A stretch of DNA of 63,759 nt from Candidatus Parcubacteria bacterium (lineage in GTDB: Bacteria; Patescibacteriota; Patescibacteriia; Patescibacteriales; UBA12075). Below the pieces are notes generated by a model, which was not told the DNA's origin, searched no databases, and saw nothing but the letters and a program-made list of their open reading frames with translations. Each line of letters starts with the position of its first letter. Position 1 is the stretch's first letter. This document shows positions 8,629-18,455 of this stretch, one piece after another. The stretch lies in assembly GCA_023132155.1 (NCBI GenBank), contig JAGLYP010000028.1, positions 1-63,759 of the forward strand, written 5' to 3'. The translations under genes and the position numbers were made by a program.

Positions 8629-9720
8629 ATGAATAAAAATAACAAAAAGAAAATTTTATTTATTGCCCCGCAACCTTTTTTTGAAATTAGAGGAACGCCA
8701 ATTGCAAATAAAAATATGTTAGAAATTTTGTCTTCTGAATATGAGATTGATTTTTTATCATATCCAATTGGAGAAAATATTAATATAAAAAATGTTAATT
8801 TTTTTAGGTCAAAGTTTTTTGGAGTAAAAGATATTAAAATTGGTTTTTCGTTAAAGAAAATTATTTTAGATTTTGGTTTATATCTGAAAACAAAAGAATT
8901 ATTGAAGAAAAAAAAGTATGATGTTATTCATGCTAATGAAGAATCAATTTTGTGGGCCAGTAGATTGGCTAAAAAATATAATATAAGATTTGTTTATGAC
9001 ATGGATTCAATTATCTCAGAACAATTAAAAAATAAAGACAACGTTTTTTTGGCAAAAATAATGAAAAAAATTGAAGCTAATGCAGTTATGCAGTCAAATT
9101 TAATTCTAGGTATTAGCTCTAATTTTGAAAATTTTTGTAAAAGAATAAAAAATAATGTTAATTATGTTACTATTTGGGACGTTCCGCAGATAACTGATAA
9201 ATTCAAGTTGGAGAATCGTTTTTTAAGTAAGTTAGATAATAATAAATTTAAAATTTCGTATATAGGGAATAATGAGTATTACCAAGGGACTGATATTATT
9301 TTAGAATTGGCAAAAGAGCTACCTGAATATCAGTTTATTTTGGCGGGAGTTGGAATAGACTCTGTTGAAAATAATGTAGTTAGATTTTCAAAGGTTCCAA
9401 TGGGTCAAATTTTTGATCTAATGAGTAGAGTGAATTTATTAATTTCACCAAGGCGAAACGGAACAAATCCTCCAATGAAAATTTATACATATATGTCATC
9501 TGGAAAACCGATTATTGCTAGCAATATTCCTGCACATAATATTTTAATAAATTGTGGGTTTCTCGTTGATCAAGATATTGATTCTTATAAATGTGGAATA
9601 AGAAAAGCTTTATCTAAAAAAGGAAAGATTTTAGCAAAAAAAGCAAAATTAAAAGTTTACAGAGAATTTAGTTTTGAAAAATTAAAAAATTTAGTTTTGA
9701 AAAAATATGGAGAAATATAA
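8629..9720 (+). CDS. GT4 glycosyltransferase
   Basis: APQPFFEIRGTP start; PMKIYTYMSSGKPIIAS. Confidence 0.85.
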   Translation: MNKNNKKKILFIAPQPFFEIRGTPIANKNMLEILSSEYEIDFLSYPIGENINIKNVNFFRSKFFGVKDIKIGFSLKKIILDFGLYLKTKELLKKKKYDVIHANEESILWASRLAKKYNIRFVYDMDSIISEQLKNKDNVFLAKIMKKIEANAVMQSNLILGISSNFENFCKRIKNNVNYVTIWDVPQITDKFKLENRFLSKLDNNKFKISYIGNNEYYQGTDIILELAKELPEYQFILAGVGIDSVENNVVRFSKVPMGQIFDLMSRVNLLISPRRNGTNPPMKIYTYMSSGKPIIASNIPAHNILINCGFLVDQDIDSYKCGIRKALSKKGKILAKKAKLKVYREFSFEKLKNLVLKKYGEI

Positions 9721-10762
9721 AATAGTTCATATAATAAAAGGTGATTATGGGGGTATGGACTTTTTAGCAAAAAAAATATTTAAAAAATATAATCAAAAAT
9801 ATAATCAAAAAATATTTTTTTTTGAAAATTATGGAAAAAAATTGTACAAAAATTATGTAAACAAAAAAATATTTTCAATTAAAATAAAAAATGAAGTAGT
9901 TTATCTTAATTTATGGTTTAATTTAAAAGATTTATTTCAAGCAGATATAATACACATTCAGCATACAAAGATATGGATTTTATTTTCTCCATTATGTTTT
10001 TTTTGGAGAAAAAATATTTTTTCTTTTCATATAAATTTTGGAGTTGCTGTAAAAAAAAGTTTTTTTATAAGAATTATAATTAGTTTAATAATTTCATATA
10101 TTGCTTTGTTTTCTAAACAAATTATTTGTCTTACGATTGGACAACAAAAAAATCTCAAACAATATAGCTTGCTAAAACGAAAATTTAATAAAAAAGCGGT
10201 AGTTATTAATAATTTTATTAGTAAAAAAATAATTGTTAAAGAGAAAAATAATTTTAATAATAAAATTTTATTTGTAGGTAGATATGAAAAATTAAAAGGG
10301 TTTTATGATTTGCTCAAAGTTTCTAAGAATATTATTGATATAGAGTTTTGTTTTATTGGTGGAGATAAAATTGAAATGGAACAAAAAAATATAATTAATT
10401 ATGGCAAAATTGAAAATTCTCAAATTTTAGAATATTATGATAAATGCTCTATTTTTATTTTGCCCTCATATACAGAGGCTTTTCCAATGACAATTCTTGA
10501 AGCAATGAGCAGGGGATTGGTTATTTTGGTTTCTAATATTCCAGGAATGAACGAAATTATAAAGGATGGGCATAATGGGTATTTGTTTAGCACTGGAGAT
10601 ACAAAAAAGATGAAAGAAATAATTGAGTATTTAAAAGATAATCCATGTGAAATAAAAAGAATTTCAAAAAATAATCTTAAAGATGTTCAAAGATTCACAG
10701 AAGAAAAATTAATTAAAGGATATGAAAAATTATATAAAAAGGTAATAGAAGAAAATGCTTAA
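9707..10762 (+). CDS. GT4 glycosyltransferase
   Basis: FVGRYEKLKG; PSYTEAFPMTILEAM (EX7E). Confidence 0.9.
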   Translation: MEKYKIVHIIKGDYGGMDFLAKKIFKKYNQKYNQKIFFFENYGKKLYKNYVNKKIFSIKIKNEVVYLNLWFNLKDLFQADIIHIQHTKIWILFSPLCFFWRKNIFSFHINFGVAVKKSFFIRIIISLIISYIALFSKQIICLTIGQQKNLKQYSLLKRKFNKKAVVINNFISKKIIVKEKNNFNNKILFVGRYEKLKGFYDLLKVSKNIIDIEFCFIGGDKIEMEQKNIINYGKIENSQILEYYDKCSIFILPSYTEAFPMTILEAMSRGLVILVSNIPGMNEIIKDGHNGYLFSTGDTKKMKEIIEYLKDNPCEIKRISKNNLKDVQRFTEEKLIKGYEKLYKKVIEENA

Positions 10763-12026
10763 ACAAAAATATAGACAACACAAAGAAATAATTGATAATT
10801 TTCTTTGGAGAATATTACAAATATTGGGAAAGCAGGGGACTGTTTTTTTAATATTTTTTGTCTCAGCAAAATTTTTACTACCTGAAAATTTTGGATTATT
10901 GAATTATTTAATGGCAATAATTGCATTGTTCATGATTTTTTGCGATTTTGGATTATCATCTTCAATTTCAAAATATTCGGCAGAATATAAAAATAAAGAT
11001 AAAAATAAGCTACCCGATTTATTGAATTCGTCTTTATTAATTATTTTTGGGTTGTCGTTTTTGGTAAGTTTTATTATTGTTTTTTGTGGACAAAAAATAA
11101 TTGGTAATAATTTATTGTTATATTTTATTCCCTATATTTTTTTGTATCCAATAACAAGTTTGTTTGACGGTTATTATCGTGGAATAAAAGAATTTAAAAA
11201 GATTTCCATTATAACAATATTTTCTGGAATTATTTCAATTTTATTATCATTTGTTTTAATTTCAAAATATTTATTTATTGGAGCAATTATTTCACAAAAT
11301 TTATTTTTTATTTTATTGGGATTTTTATTTTTTATTACGAAAAAAAAAGAAAAAATTAGTTTTAATAAAGAAATAGCAAGGCAAGTTATAAAATATGGGT
11401 TAGTTATAGGAATTATCAATGTTTTGTTTTTTTTATACACAAAAGTAGATATTATTATTTTAAAATATTTTGGATATATTGTTGAAATTGGATATTATGA
11501 AATTGTCAATAAAATATTTATGATTTTATTAATACCTTTCGTGATAATAGGACAAGTAATTGCGCCTAATATTACAAAGCTATATTCTGATAAAAAATAT
11601 CAAATTGTAAAAAAGAAATTTTGGCAGTATATGATATTTTTTTCAATTATTTCTTTTGTATTGGCAATTTTTGTTTATTTTATTTTTCCAATAATTCTTA
11701 AGATTGCTTTGTTTAAATATTTTACTAATGACACAATTTTAATTTTTCAATTTTTAATATTACTTTTTCCGTTAAAAGCTGTCGCTGCAATAATAAATCA
11801 TGCGCATACTGTTCCAACAGGCAATGCTAAGTTTTCCATGTGGACGATGATTCCTGCCGGGATTGCAAATGTTTTTTTAGATTTTATATTTATCGCAAAA
11901 TATGGTTTTATAGGAGTTGTTTACTCAACAATAATTTGTTATATTTTTGCAACCGTGTCATTTATAATTTTATACTATTTAAAGTTAAATAAATTAATAA
12001 AAATACAGATAAATGAAAAATACTAA
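10755..12026 (+). CDS. Oligosaccharide flippase (Wzx/MOP family)
   Basis: About 12 TM helices, PENFG, DFGLS, KVDIIIL motifs; within GT cluster. Confidence 0.85.
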   Translation: MLKQKYRQHKEIIDNFLWRILQILGKQGTVFLIFFVSAKFLLPENFGLLNYLMAIIALFMIFCDFGLSSSISKYSAEYKNKDKNKLPDLLNSSLLIIFGLSFLVSFIIVFCGQKIIGNNLLLYFIPYIFLYPITSLFDGYYRGIKEFKKISIITIFSGIISILLSFVLISKYLFIGAIISQNLFFILLGFLFFITKKKEKISFNKEIARQVIKYGLVIGIINVLFFLYTKVDIIILKYFGYIVEIGYYEIVNKIFMILLIPFVIIGQVIAPNITKLYSDKKYQIVKKKFWQYMIFFSIISFVLAIFVYFIFPIILKIALFKYFTNDTILIFQFLILLFPLKAVAAIINHAHTVPTGNAKFSMWTMIPAGIANVFLDFIFIAKYGFIGVVYSTIICYIFATVSFIILYYLKLNKLIKIQINEKY

Positions 12027-12882
12027 TCCTAAAATTTCCGTTATAATGTCAACCTATAACGAGCCGTTAGAATGGATAAAAAAAAGCATAGATTCTATTT
12101 TAAATCAAACCTTTATAGATTTTGAGTTTATTATAATAAATGATAATCCAGATAGAATTGAATTACAAAAGTTTTTAGAAAATCATAAAAGGCAAGATAA
12201 AAGAATTATTTTAATAAAAAATAATAAAAATTCAGGATTAACAAAATCATTAAATGAAGGATTAAAAATAGCAAAAGGTAAATATATCGCAAGGATGGAT
12301 GCGGATGATATTTCTTTTTTAGATAGATTTAAAATACAATATGAATATTTAGAAAAGAATAATAGTATTTATTTAGTTGGCTCTGGTGCGATATTAATTA
12401 ATGAGCAGGAGAGTACAATAGGAGCTTTTACGCCATTGACAGATACTAAAAAGATAGAAAATAGGCTAAAAAAGACAAATTGTATTTATCATCCGACCAT
12501 TATGTTTAAAAATGAGAAAATATTTTATAGAGAAAAAATGTTTTATTGTGAGGACTACGATTTGTATTTACGGTTATTATCTAAAGATAAACAATTATCT
12601 AATATTAGTGATACTTTAATCGAGTATAGGATAAATTCTAATTCAATATCAAAGTCTAAAAAATTATATCAAAAATTATTTACAAAAAAAGCTAAAGATT
12701 TTTATTTTCAAAGAGCAAAAAATGGCTTTGATGATTATAAAAATTTTGATTTTAATAAAATTTTAAATAGTAATTTTTTTAACTCTCCGATACAAATAGT
12801 TTATGTGATTTTAAAAATTTATTATTTTAAGATTGAGTTTATTTTTAAAAAAATGTTATACAAAATGAAAAATATATTTTAA
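12013..12882 (+). CDS. GT2 glycosyltransferase
   Basis: ISVIMSTYN, IIIND, ARMDADD, EDYDL. Confidence 0.9.
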   Translation: MKNTNPKISVIMSTYNEPLEWIKKSIDSILNQTFIDFEFIIINDNPDRIELQKFLENHKRQDKRIILIKNNKNSGLTKSLNEGLKIAKGKYIARMDADDISFLDRFKIQYEYLEKNNSIYLVGSGAILINEQESTIGAFTPLTDTKKIENRLKKTNCIYHPTIMFKNEKIFYREKMFYCEDYDLYLRLLSKDKQLSNISDTLIEYRINSNSISKSKKLYQKLFTKKAKDFYFQRAKNGFDDYKNFDFNKILNSNFFNSPIQIVYVILKIYYFKIEFIFKKMLYKMKNIF

Positions 12883-13031
12883 TAATCTGCCAAAAATTTA
12901 CAAGGCGTAGGATTGTGAAAGTTTACTCCCATTTATAAATTCTATGGTAGTTGACGGATTTAATAAATTTAAATGTTTTTTTATGAGGGTGTAAAATATT
13001 TTGCGAAATTAGCAAAAAAAATTTATTTGAA

Positions 13032-15320
13032 TTAATTTTGAAATATAAAAAAATTATAATCACCTATTCTTTTTTCAAGAATAAATTTGTTTTTGATATC
13101 GTACTCTTTAATTATTTGCCCCCTCTCTCCAATATCTTTGAAGTATTCATAGTTTTTATCTAATTTTGAAAAAATTATATCTGTCCTCCTATAAGATGTT
13201 TTTTGTAAATCTTTGTCCGTAAATATATTAGCGTATTTTTCATAATCGGGAGATTCCTTGGCCGTAATTAAGTATTTTATTTTATATTTTTTCATGGTTT
13301 CTGAAAATCCATTTTGCCTAACAGACAATTTAAAAGATGGCTTATCAAAAAAAGAATAATCTCCAAGCCTGCCCCTTCCAGTGCTTATAGTAAGCGGAAG
13401 CACGGTAGATTCGTCAATATAGATTTCGTCTTCATAGGTGTGGGAAATTAAATAATTTGATGCTTCAGATAGTCCGTTTAATCGTATAGATAATAATGCT
13501 GTTGTTTTCTGAAAAGTTAAAATTGACGAAGAACATATAAGTATAATTAAAAATATTTTAGAAAACCGTGATTTAAAAGTCATTAATAAAGTAGATGTTG
13601 CGATACAAAAAGAAATCATAATAATTATTGTATAGTAATTATGAAAAAAAATAATTTTAGATGCTAAAATCCAGTATATTAAACTTCCCAAAATAAATGA
13701 TTTTAGTAAAATTTTTGATCTAGTATTTATATTATAAAAATTTATAATACCAATTAATCCAAAAAAGAAAATTAAACTAGTCATATATTCTTTGAATTGA
13801 TTTATTAACATATATTTATAAAAAGAAAAATTCAAGATTAATCTATGGTCAGTTAAAAATTCTTCAAAGTAGTACTTTAATCCAAGCAGATTTAAGAATA
13901 TTATTGTTAATGAAATTAAAATAAAAAAGAATATGGCTAAGAGAATTTTTTTTTCGGACAATTTATAAAAAATTTTATCAATTTTTTTGTTATATTTATT
14001 TATTTTTTTAATCAATGTAAATATTAAAATTATACTTATTAAAAACAAAAAAATTCCTCTATTAGCATTTGATGGTAAAATTTCTATAGATAATTTAGAT
14101 ATAAGCAAAGGGGCAGATATAGAGAAAAAAAAGATAGAAGAACTTTTTAAAAAAAGATAAAGTTTAGTTTGTTTATAGTAAAGGAATGTTAAATAAATTG
14201 GAATTGCGAATAATGCTAGATTGTATTTTCCAGAAATTCCAATACCTAGTATTAATCCTGAAATAATTAATGAATTAATATTATTTTTTTTAAAATAAAT
14301 ATTTAAATAAATTAATGAAAGAAACATTATGGCGATACACAGACTGTCATAGATAGTGACAAATGTTGAAAATAAAATTATAGGATTAAGCGCAATTAAT
14401 AATGAAATTAATAAGGATGTTTGTTTTAAAAATATTTCTTTCAAAAAAATATATGAAAAAATAATAATTAATATCCCAATAAAATGCATAACGATTCTTG
14501 TAGAAAATTCTATACTAGTTTGTGGCAGTATTTTGTATACTGCCGAAAGTGACCATTCCAAAATTGGTAAATGTCCGAATTTTTGGAAAATACCTTGTTT
14601 GTTATCTATTGGATCTATATTATATTTTTTTTGAAATAAAAAAGGATTATTTTTTTCTGCCATATATTTAGCTGGCTCTACATATGCATTATATTTCATC
14701 CTGTGTTTTCCTGAAAAATCCGTATTTAAATACGGAGCTTTAATGAAAGTGAATAAAAATATAATAAACAACAAGATTAAAAAATATCCCCATCCTTCTT
14801 TATATATCCATCGAATAAAGTTTCTTAATCCCCAAATTTTGTTTATTTTTTGGAATTTTTTATAAAATTTTTCGTATCGTTTTTGTTCTATTTTCTCTTC
14901 GTTTAATTTTTTTATTTCAATTTCTTTTTCAATTCTATTTCTATTTGCGTAAAAAGTAAGAAAACCAATCATTATTGAAACACAAGATATTTCAAAAGTA
15001 TAATTGATTATTATTTCGTTTTTTAAAAATTGATTTATTGCTATTATCGCTAATGAAAATAAAAATAAACAAGAGAATGTTTTAATTAATTTTGATTTCT
15101 CTCTTTTGTTTTCCGGAATATTTTTAATAATTTGCGAGAAATAAAAAGTAATAGAAATTATAGAAATCGCAAAAATATATTTAATTTCAATATAAAAAGA
15201 AATAATATTATTAAAGAAGACATTATAAAACAACACTATTATATAAAAAAGTAGTGTTGTTATTGATATATAAAGCGATATTTTTTTCCAATCAATTTTT
15301 TTAAATTTATTCCACATCAA
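13032..15320 (-). CDS. GT-C fold membrane glycosyltransferase (ArnT/PMT-like)
   Basis: Many TM helices, HLPILEW, ALNP, GISGKY, soluble C-terminal domain. Confidence 0.65.
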   Translation of the reverse strand: MMWNKFKKIDWKKISLYISITTLLFYIIVLFYNVFFNNIISFYIEIKYIFAISIISITFYFSQIIKNIPENKREKSKLIKTFSCLFLFSLAIIAINQFLKNEIIINYTFEISCVSIMIGFLTFYANRNRIEKEIEIKKLNEEKIEQKRYEKFYKKFQKINKIWGLRNFIRWIYKEGWGYFLILLFIIFLFTFIKAPYLNTDFSGKHRMKYNAYVEPAKYMAEKNNPFLFQKKYNIDPIDNKQGIFQKFGHLPILEWSLSAVYKILPQTSIEFSTRIVMHFIGILIIIFSYIFLKEIFLKQTSLLISLLIALNPIILFSTFVTIYDSLCIAIMFLSLIYLNIYFKKNNINSLIISGLILGIGISGKYNLALFAIPIYLTFLYYKQTKLYLFLKSSSIFFFSISAPLLISKLSIEILPSNANRGIFLFLISIILIFTLIKKINKYNKKIDKIFYKLSEKKILLAIFFFILISLTIIFLNLLGLKYYFEEFLTDHRLILNFSFYKYMLINQFKEYMTSLIFFFGLIGIINFYNINTRSKILLKSFILGSLIYWILASKIIFFHNYYTIIIMISFCIATSTLLMTFKSRFSKIFLIILICSSSILTFQKTTALLSIRLNGLSEASNYLISHTYEDEIYIDESTVLPLTISTGRGRLGDYSFFDKPSFKLSVRQNGFSETMKKYKIKYLITAKESPDYEKYANIFTDKDLQKTSYRRTDIIFSKLDKNYEYFKDIGERGQIIKEYDIKNKFILEKRIGDYNFFIFQN

Positions 15321-17091
15321 TTTTTATTTCCTTAAATAATATCGGATTTTGAATAATATTCTCAGTAAGCGCAAAATCAAAATTTTCCTTGTTGTCAGTA
15401 ATAATTTTTATTGGCAATAAATCGTCTTTGTTTAAAAAAATATTATCAGGCAATAATAAAATTGCTTCGCTTGGCAAAGAATTTTTTAACCAAGATATTA
15501 AATCCGTTGCGAGAGAATTTGTGTTTTTTAATTCGTTATTGCCAAATAATTTATATTCATTAAACTGCGCCAACGGGCTATATCCTTTTGTATACAGAAA
15601 ATTTTCATTTTTAAATTGTTTATATAGCTCATTATTTCTAATTTGAAAAGTTATAGATTTTAAATTATCTGATTTTTCAATATTCTTTAATGAAAATAGT
15701 TTATCAACCTTTAACCAGTTATTCGCCAATTTAGTATAATTTGTATCAGAAATTATAATATCAGTCCCAATATTTGTAAAAGTATTAGTGTAAATTTCAA
15801 AATAATTATTTTTATCAATAGAAAAATTAAAACCATCTGTGCGCTGATCTCCTTTTGTAGTAATAATATTTTCTCCGCTTAACATATCTGTGTATTGCCA
15901 TTTACCCAGTCGTATATCATCTATAACAATATCTTGTTCAATATTTTCTGATTTAATTTTTATTGTTTGCACCGCGTTTCCATGCCACGCGTAAAATCCA
16001 ACATTTAGTATCCCTTTATTATTCGTATATAATTTTGCATCATCAAGTATTAAAGATTTTTCTGCAAATATAATTTTATTAGTATTAATTTTAAAGTTAG
16101 TAATTGTCCAGTCATAATTTATTAAGTCAGGATTAGCTATATCAAGAGCCAATTTATAAACTCCGCTACTTGGAACATCAAAACTTATATCCTTCCTAAC
16201 AACCGGCGTAAATTTTTTGCTTGCATCCTCAATCCCATCATCATCCAAAAAATCCTCTTCAATCAAATTATCATCCAAATCATACAAAGCAACCCGCACC
16301 CTATCAGCACCCTCATAATTATTCAAATCCTTCTTAATAACTTCCATCTCCAACCCACCCTCCAAATAAACAAAAAACTCATGCGGACCCCTTATAGTCT
16401 TATCCATAGTCGTCCATTCCCCCTTATGAAAATCAATATCAGGATTAACCAATTTAGACTTAGGAAAAACCTCATTCTTAATCTCAATAGAATCATCAGG
16501 ACTGGCATTAAGCCCGATCCACTCCTCAATAGAATCAGCAGATATATAATCATCCCGCTTTTCTTTAGTATAAATATGAACCCCATCAAAAGTAGCAGCC
16601 AAAAAATAATCGCCCATCTTGCCGTCGTAAAACGCCTGCCAATTGTATTTTTCTTCCTTTTCACAATTCGGACACACAAGTGAAATCTCCCATTCGCCGT
16701 CGCCTTGCAAAATCATAGAAACAGTAATGTTTTTATTAAGCGGAAACTCCTCCGGTTGGAAAACAAAAGAAATAGGGGAGCCTTCAACTTGGGCGATAGT
16801 GCCGGTGTCGGTCTCTTCAAAATAAGAAAACTTTGGAGAATTTTGCAGTTCGTTAATATACAGAGGGAGCTCTGTATTTTTGAAATTTTCTTCGTTAAAG
16901 TCTACTGAATAGCTCGCATTGTAATTTTGCGCGTCATAGAATTTTACGCCTAAGTAAATTAAAATAGAAAAAGGAAGCAACAGCGCGATAATTTTCGCGA
17001 TTGTGTTTAAATTATCCCATTTGTACCTTAGCCTTATTACAAGATGTTTTTTTGGTTTTCTTATATGTTTTTTAATTTGTTTTCTTAGCAT
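15307..17091 (-). CDS. Membrane-anchored extracellular hypothetical protein
   Basis: 594-aa ORF, basic N-tail, single TM, acidic beta-rich remainder. Confidence 0.7.
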   Translation of the reverse strand: MLRKQIKKHIRKPKKHLVIRLRYKWDNLNTIAKIIALLLPFSILIYLGVKFYDAQNYNASYSVDFNEENFKNTELPLYINELQNSPKFSYFEETDTGTIAQVEGSPISFVFQPEEFPLNKNITVSMILQGDGEWEISLVCPNCEKEEKYNWQAFYDGKMGDYFLAATFDGVHIYTKEKRDDYISADSIEEWIGLNASPDDSIEIKNEVFPKSKLVNPDIDFHKGEWTTMDKTIRGPHEFFVYLEGGLEMEVIKKDLNNYEGADRVRVALYDLDDNLIEEDFLDDDGIEDASKKFTPVVRKDISFDVPSSGVYKLALDIANPDLINYDWTITNFKINTNKIIFAEKSLILDDAKLYTNNKGILNVGFYAWHGNAVQTIKIKSENIEQDIVIDDIRLGKWQYTDMLSGENIITTKGDQRTDGFNFSIDKNNYFEIYTNTFTNIGTDIIISDTNYTKLANNWLKVDKLFSLKNIEKSDNLKSITFQIRNNELYKQFKNENFLYTKGYSPLAQFNEYKLFGNNELKNTNSLATDLISWLKNSLPSEAILLLPDNIFLNKDDLLPIKIITDNKENFDFALTENIIQNPILFKEIKIDVE

Positions 17092-17135
17092 ATTGTTTTT
17101 TCGTCTTTAATTGTTTATTTTATGGTTGCCGGTAA

Positions 17136-17196
17136 TTCATATATTATAGATTTCTCCGCTCCGTTCCGCTGTCGCTCCACTCCGGTCGAAATGACA
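17136..17196 (-). repeat. Solo TGTCAT-tagged palindrome with GIY-YIG-type leader
   Basis: Minus strand TGTCATTTCGACCGGAGTGGAGCGACAGCGGAACGGAGCGGAGAAATCTATAATATATGAA. Confidence 0.8.
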
Positions 17197-17215
17197 AAAA
17201 GGCGAGGCTGGGGTT

Positions 17216-17379
17216 GCGACAAAATCACGACAGTGATCGCGACACTAAGTATTTAGCGCATAAAAATTGGCAATGTGTTAGCAGATAGTTAACGGACAAA
17301 TAACGGACATTTTAACGGACAGCCTATTGGTTTAAATACATTTTTGAAATCCCGCACTAATCCCGCACTTTATCCCGCA
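17216..17379. repeat. Three distinct direct-repeat triplets with 11+12 bp spacing
   Basis: RCGACA at 17216/17227/17239; TAACGGACA at 17290/17301/17313; ATCCCGCA at 17349/17360/17372. Confidence 0.85.
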
Positions 17380-17386
17380 TCCAATT

Positions 17387-18451
17387 TTAAATATTTAAGA
17401 CATAGTGAGTGGCTGAACCTTTACCAATTTTTTTTAAAAGTTTTATTGATTCAAGTTCTTGTAAATATTTTTGAGCCATTCTTTCTTTAATATTTAAAAT
17501 ATCTTGTACGTCCTTACTATCAACTTTCCCCATAGTCATCATAAAATCAACGATTTTGATTTGTTTTTTATCCAGATAAACATGCCCGCCGATTTTTTTT
17601 AACATTTTGGCATCCAAGCTTAACGGTACGATAATATTATAAATTTTTTCCATTTCATGCGCAAATCCTTTACTGAAATACGTTATCCAATTAGTTAAAT
17701 CGCCTTGCGCTCTTTCCTGATAATTTTTACCCAAATGAATCGCCTTGTAATATGACGGGCGATCTTGATTATAATAATCTTCCAAAGCAAAAAGGCGGCG
17801 GAAGTCATAGCCTGATTTATAAAGGATTAAAGTCGCTAAAAGGCGGGCCGTTCTGCCATTACCGTCCGCGAAAGGATGAATGGCGGCAATTTCCGCGTGC
17901 GCTATGCTTGATATTATAATAGGGCAGATATTTTCTTTTTTTGATTTTTCCATCCAATCAATTAAATTTTTTACCAATTTTGGCACTTGTCTTGCAATCG
18001 GTCCTGTGTAAGACACCTTGATAATCTTATTGCCGCGGCGGCTAACCACATAAACATCGCTTTTTCTGAATTTTCCGCATTTTTCTTTATCAAGCACATT
18101 TTTAGTGGTAAGCCGATGAATTTCAAGAATTGTTTTAACAGTGATTTTTTGTTTTTTTTCAATAAGCTTTGTAATATAATACAAAGCGTCGCGGTAATTT
18201 TTAACCTCGGCAATATCTCGCTTGGGAGCATCAACTTTTTCGCCTGCCAAAACCTTTTCCACTTCATAACGATTTAAAATATTTCCCTCAATGCTTGTGG
18301 AAGAATGGATCATTCTAATCATCGCTTCTCGCCTTAATTTTAATTCCTGCCGCGGCATAATAGGAGTATGCGCGACCAATGACTTAATCTCGGCAATACC
18401 GATTAAATCATTAAGAATTGAATGAGTAATTGTGTATTTTGGTTTAAACAT
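17387..18451 (-). CDS. Fic-family protein with C-terminal winged HTH
   Basis: HPFADGNGRTAR catalytic motif; N-terminal STSIEGN inhibitory motif; C-terminal wHTH ending GKGSATHYVL. Confidence 0.9.
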   Translation of the reverse strand: MFKPKYTITHSILNDLIGIAEIKSLVAHTPIMPRQELKLRREAMIRMIHSSTSIEGNILNRYEVEKVLAGEKVDAPKRDIAEVKNYRDALYYITKLIEKKQKITVKTILEIHRLTTKNVLDKEKCGKFRKSDVYVVSRRGNKIIKVSYTGPIARQVPKLVKNLIDWMEKSKKENICPIIISSIAHAEIAAIHPFADGNGRTARLLATLILYKSGYDFRRLFALEDYYNQDRPSYYKAIHLGKNYQERAQGDLTNWITYFSKGFAHEMEKIYNIIVPLSLDAKMLKKIGGHVYLDKKQIKIVDFMMTMGKVDSKDVQDILNIKERMAQKYLQELESIKLLKKIGKGSATHYVLNI

Positions 18452-18455
18452 ATTA

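Noticed and set aside
12883..13031. Possible gene relic between convergent GT blocks
   Set aside because: Short open frame on the minus strand but no recognisable motif.
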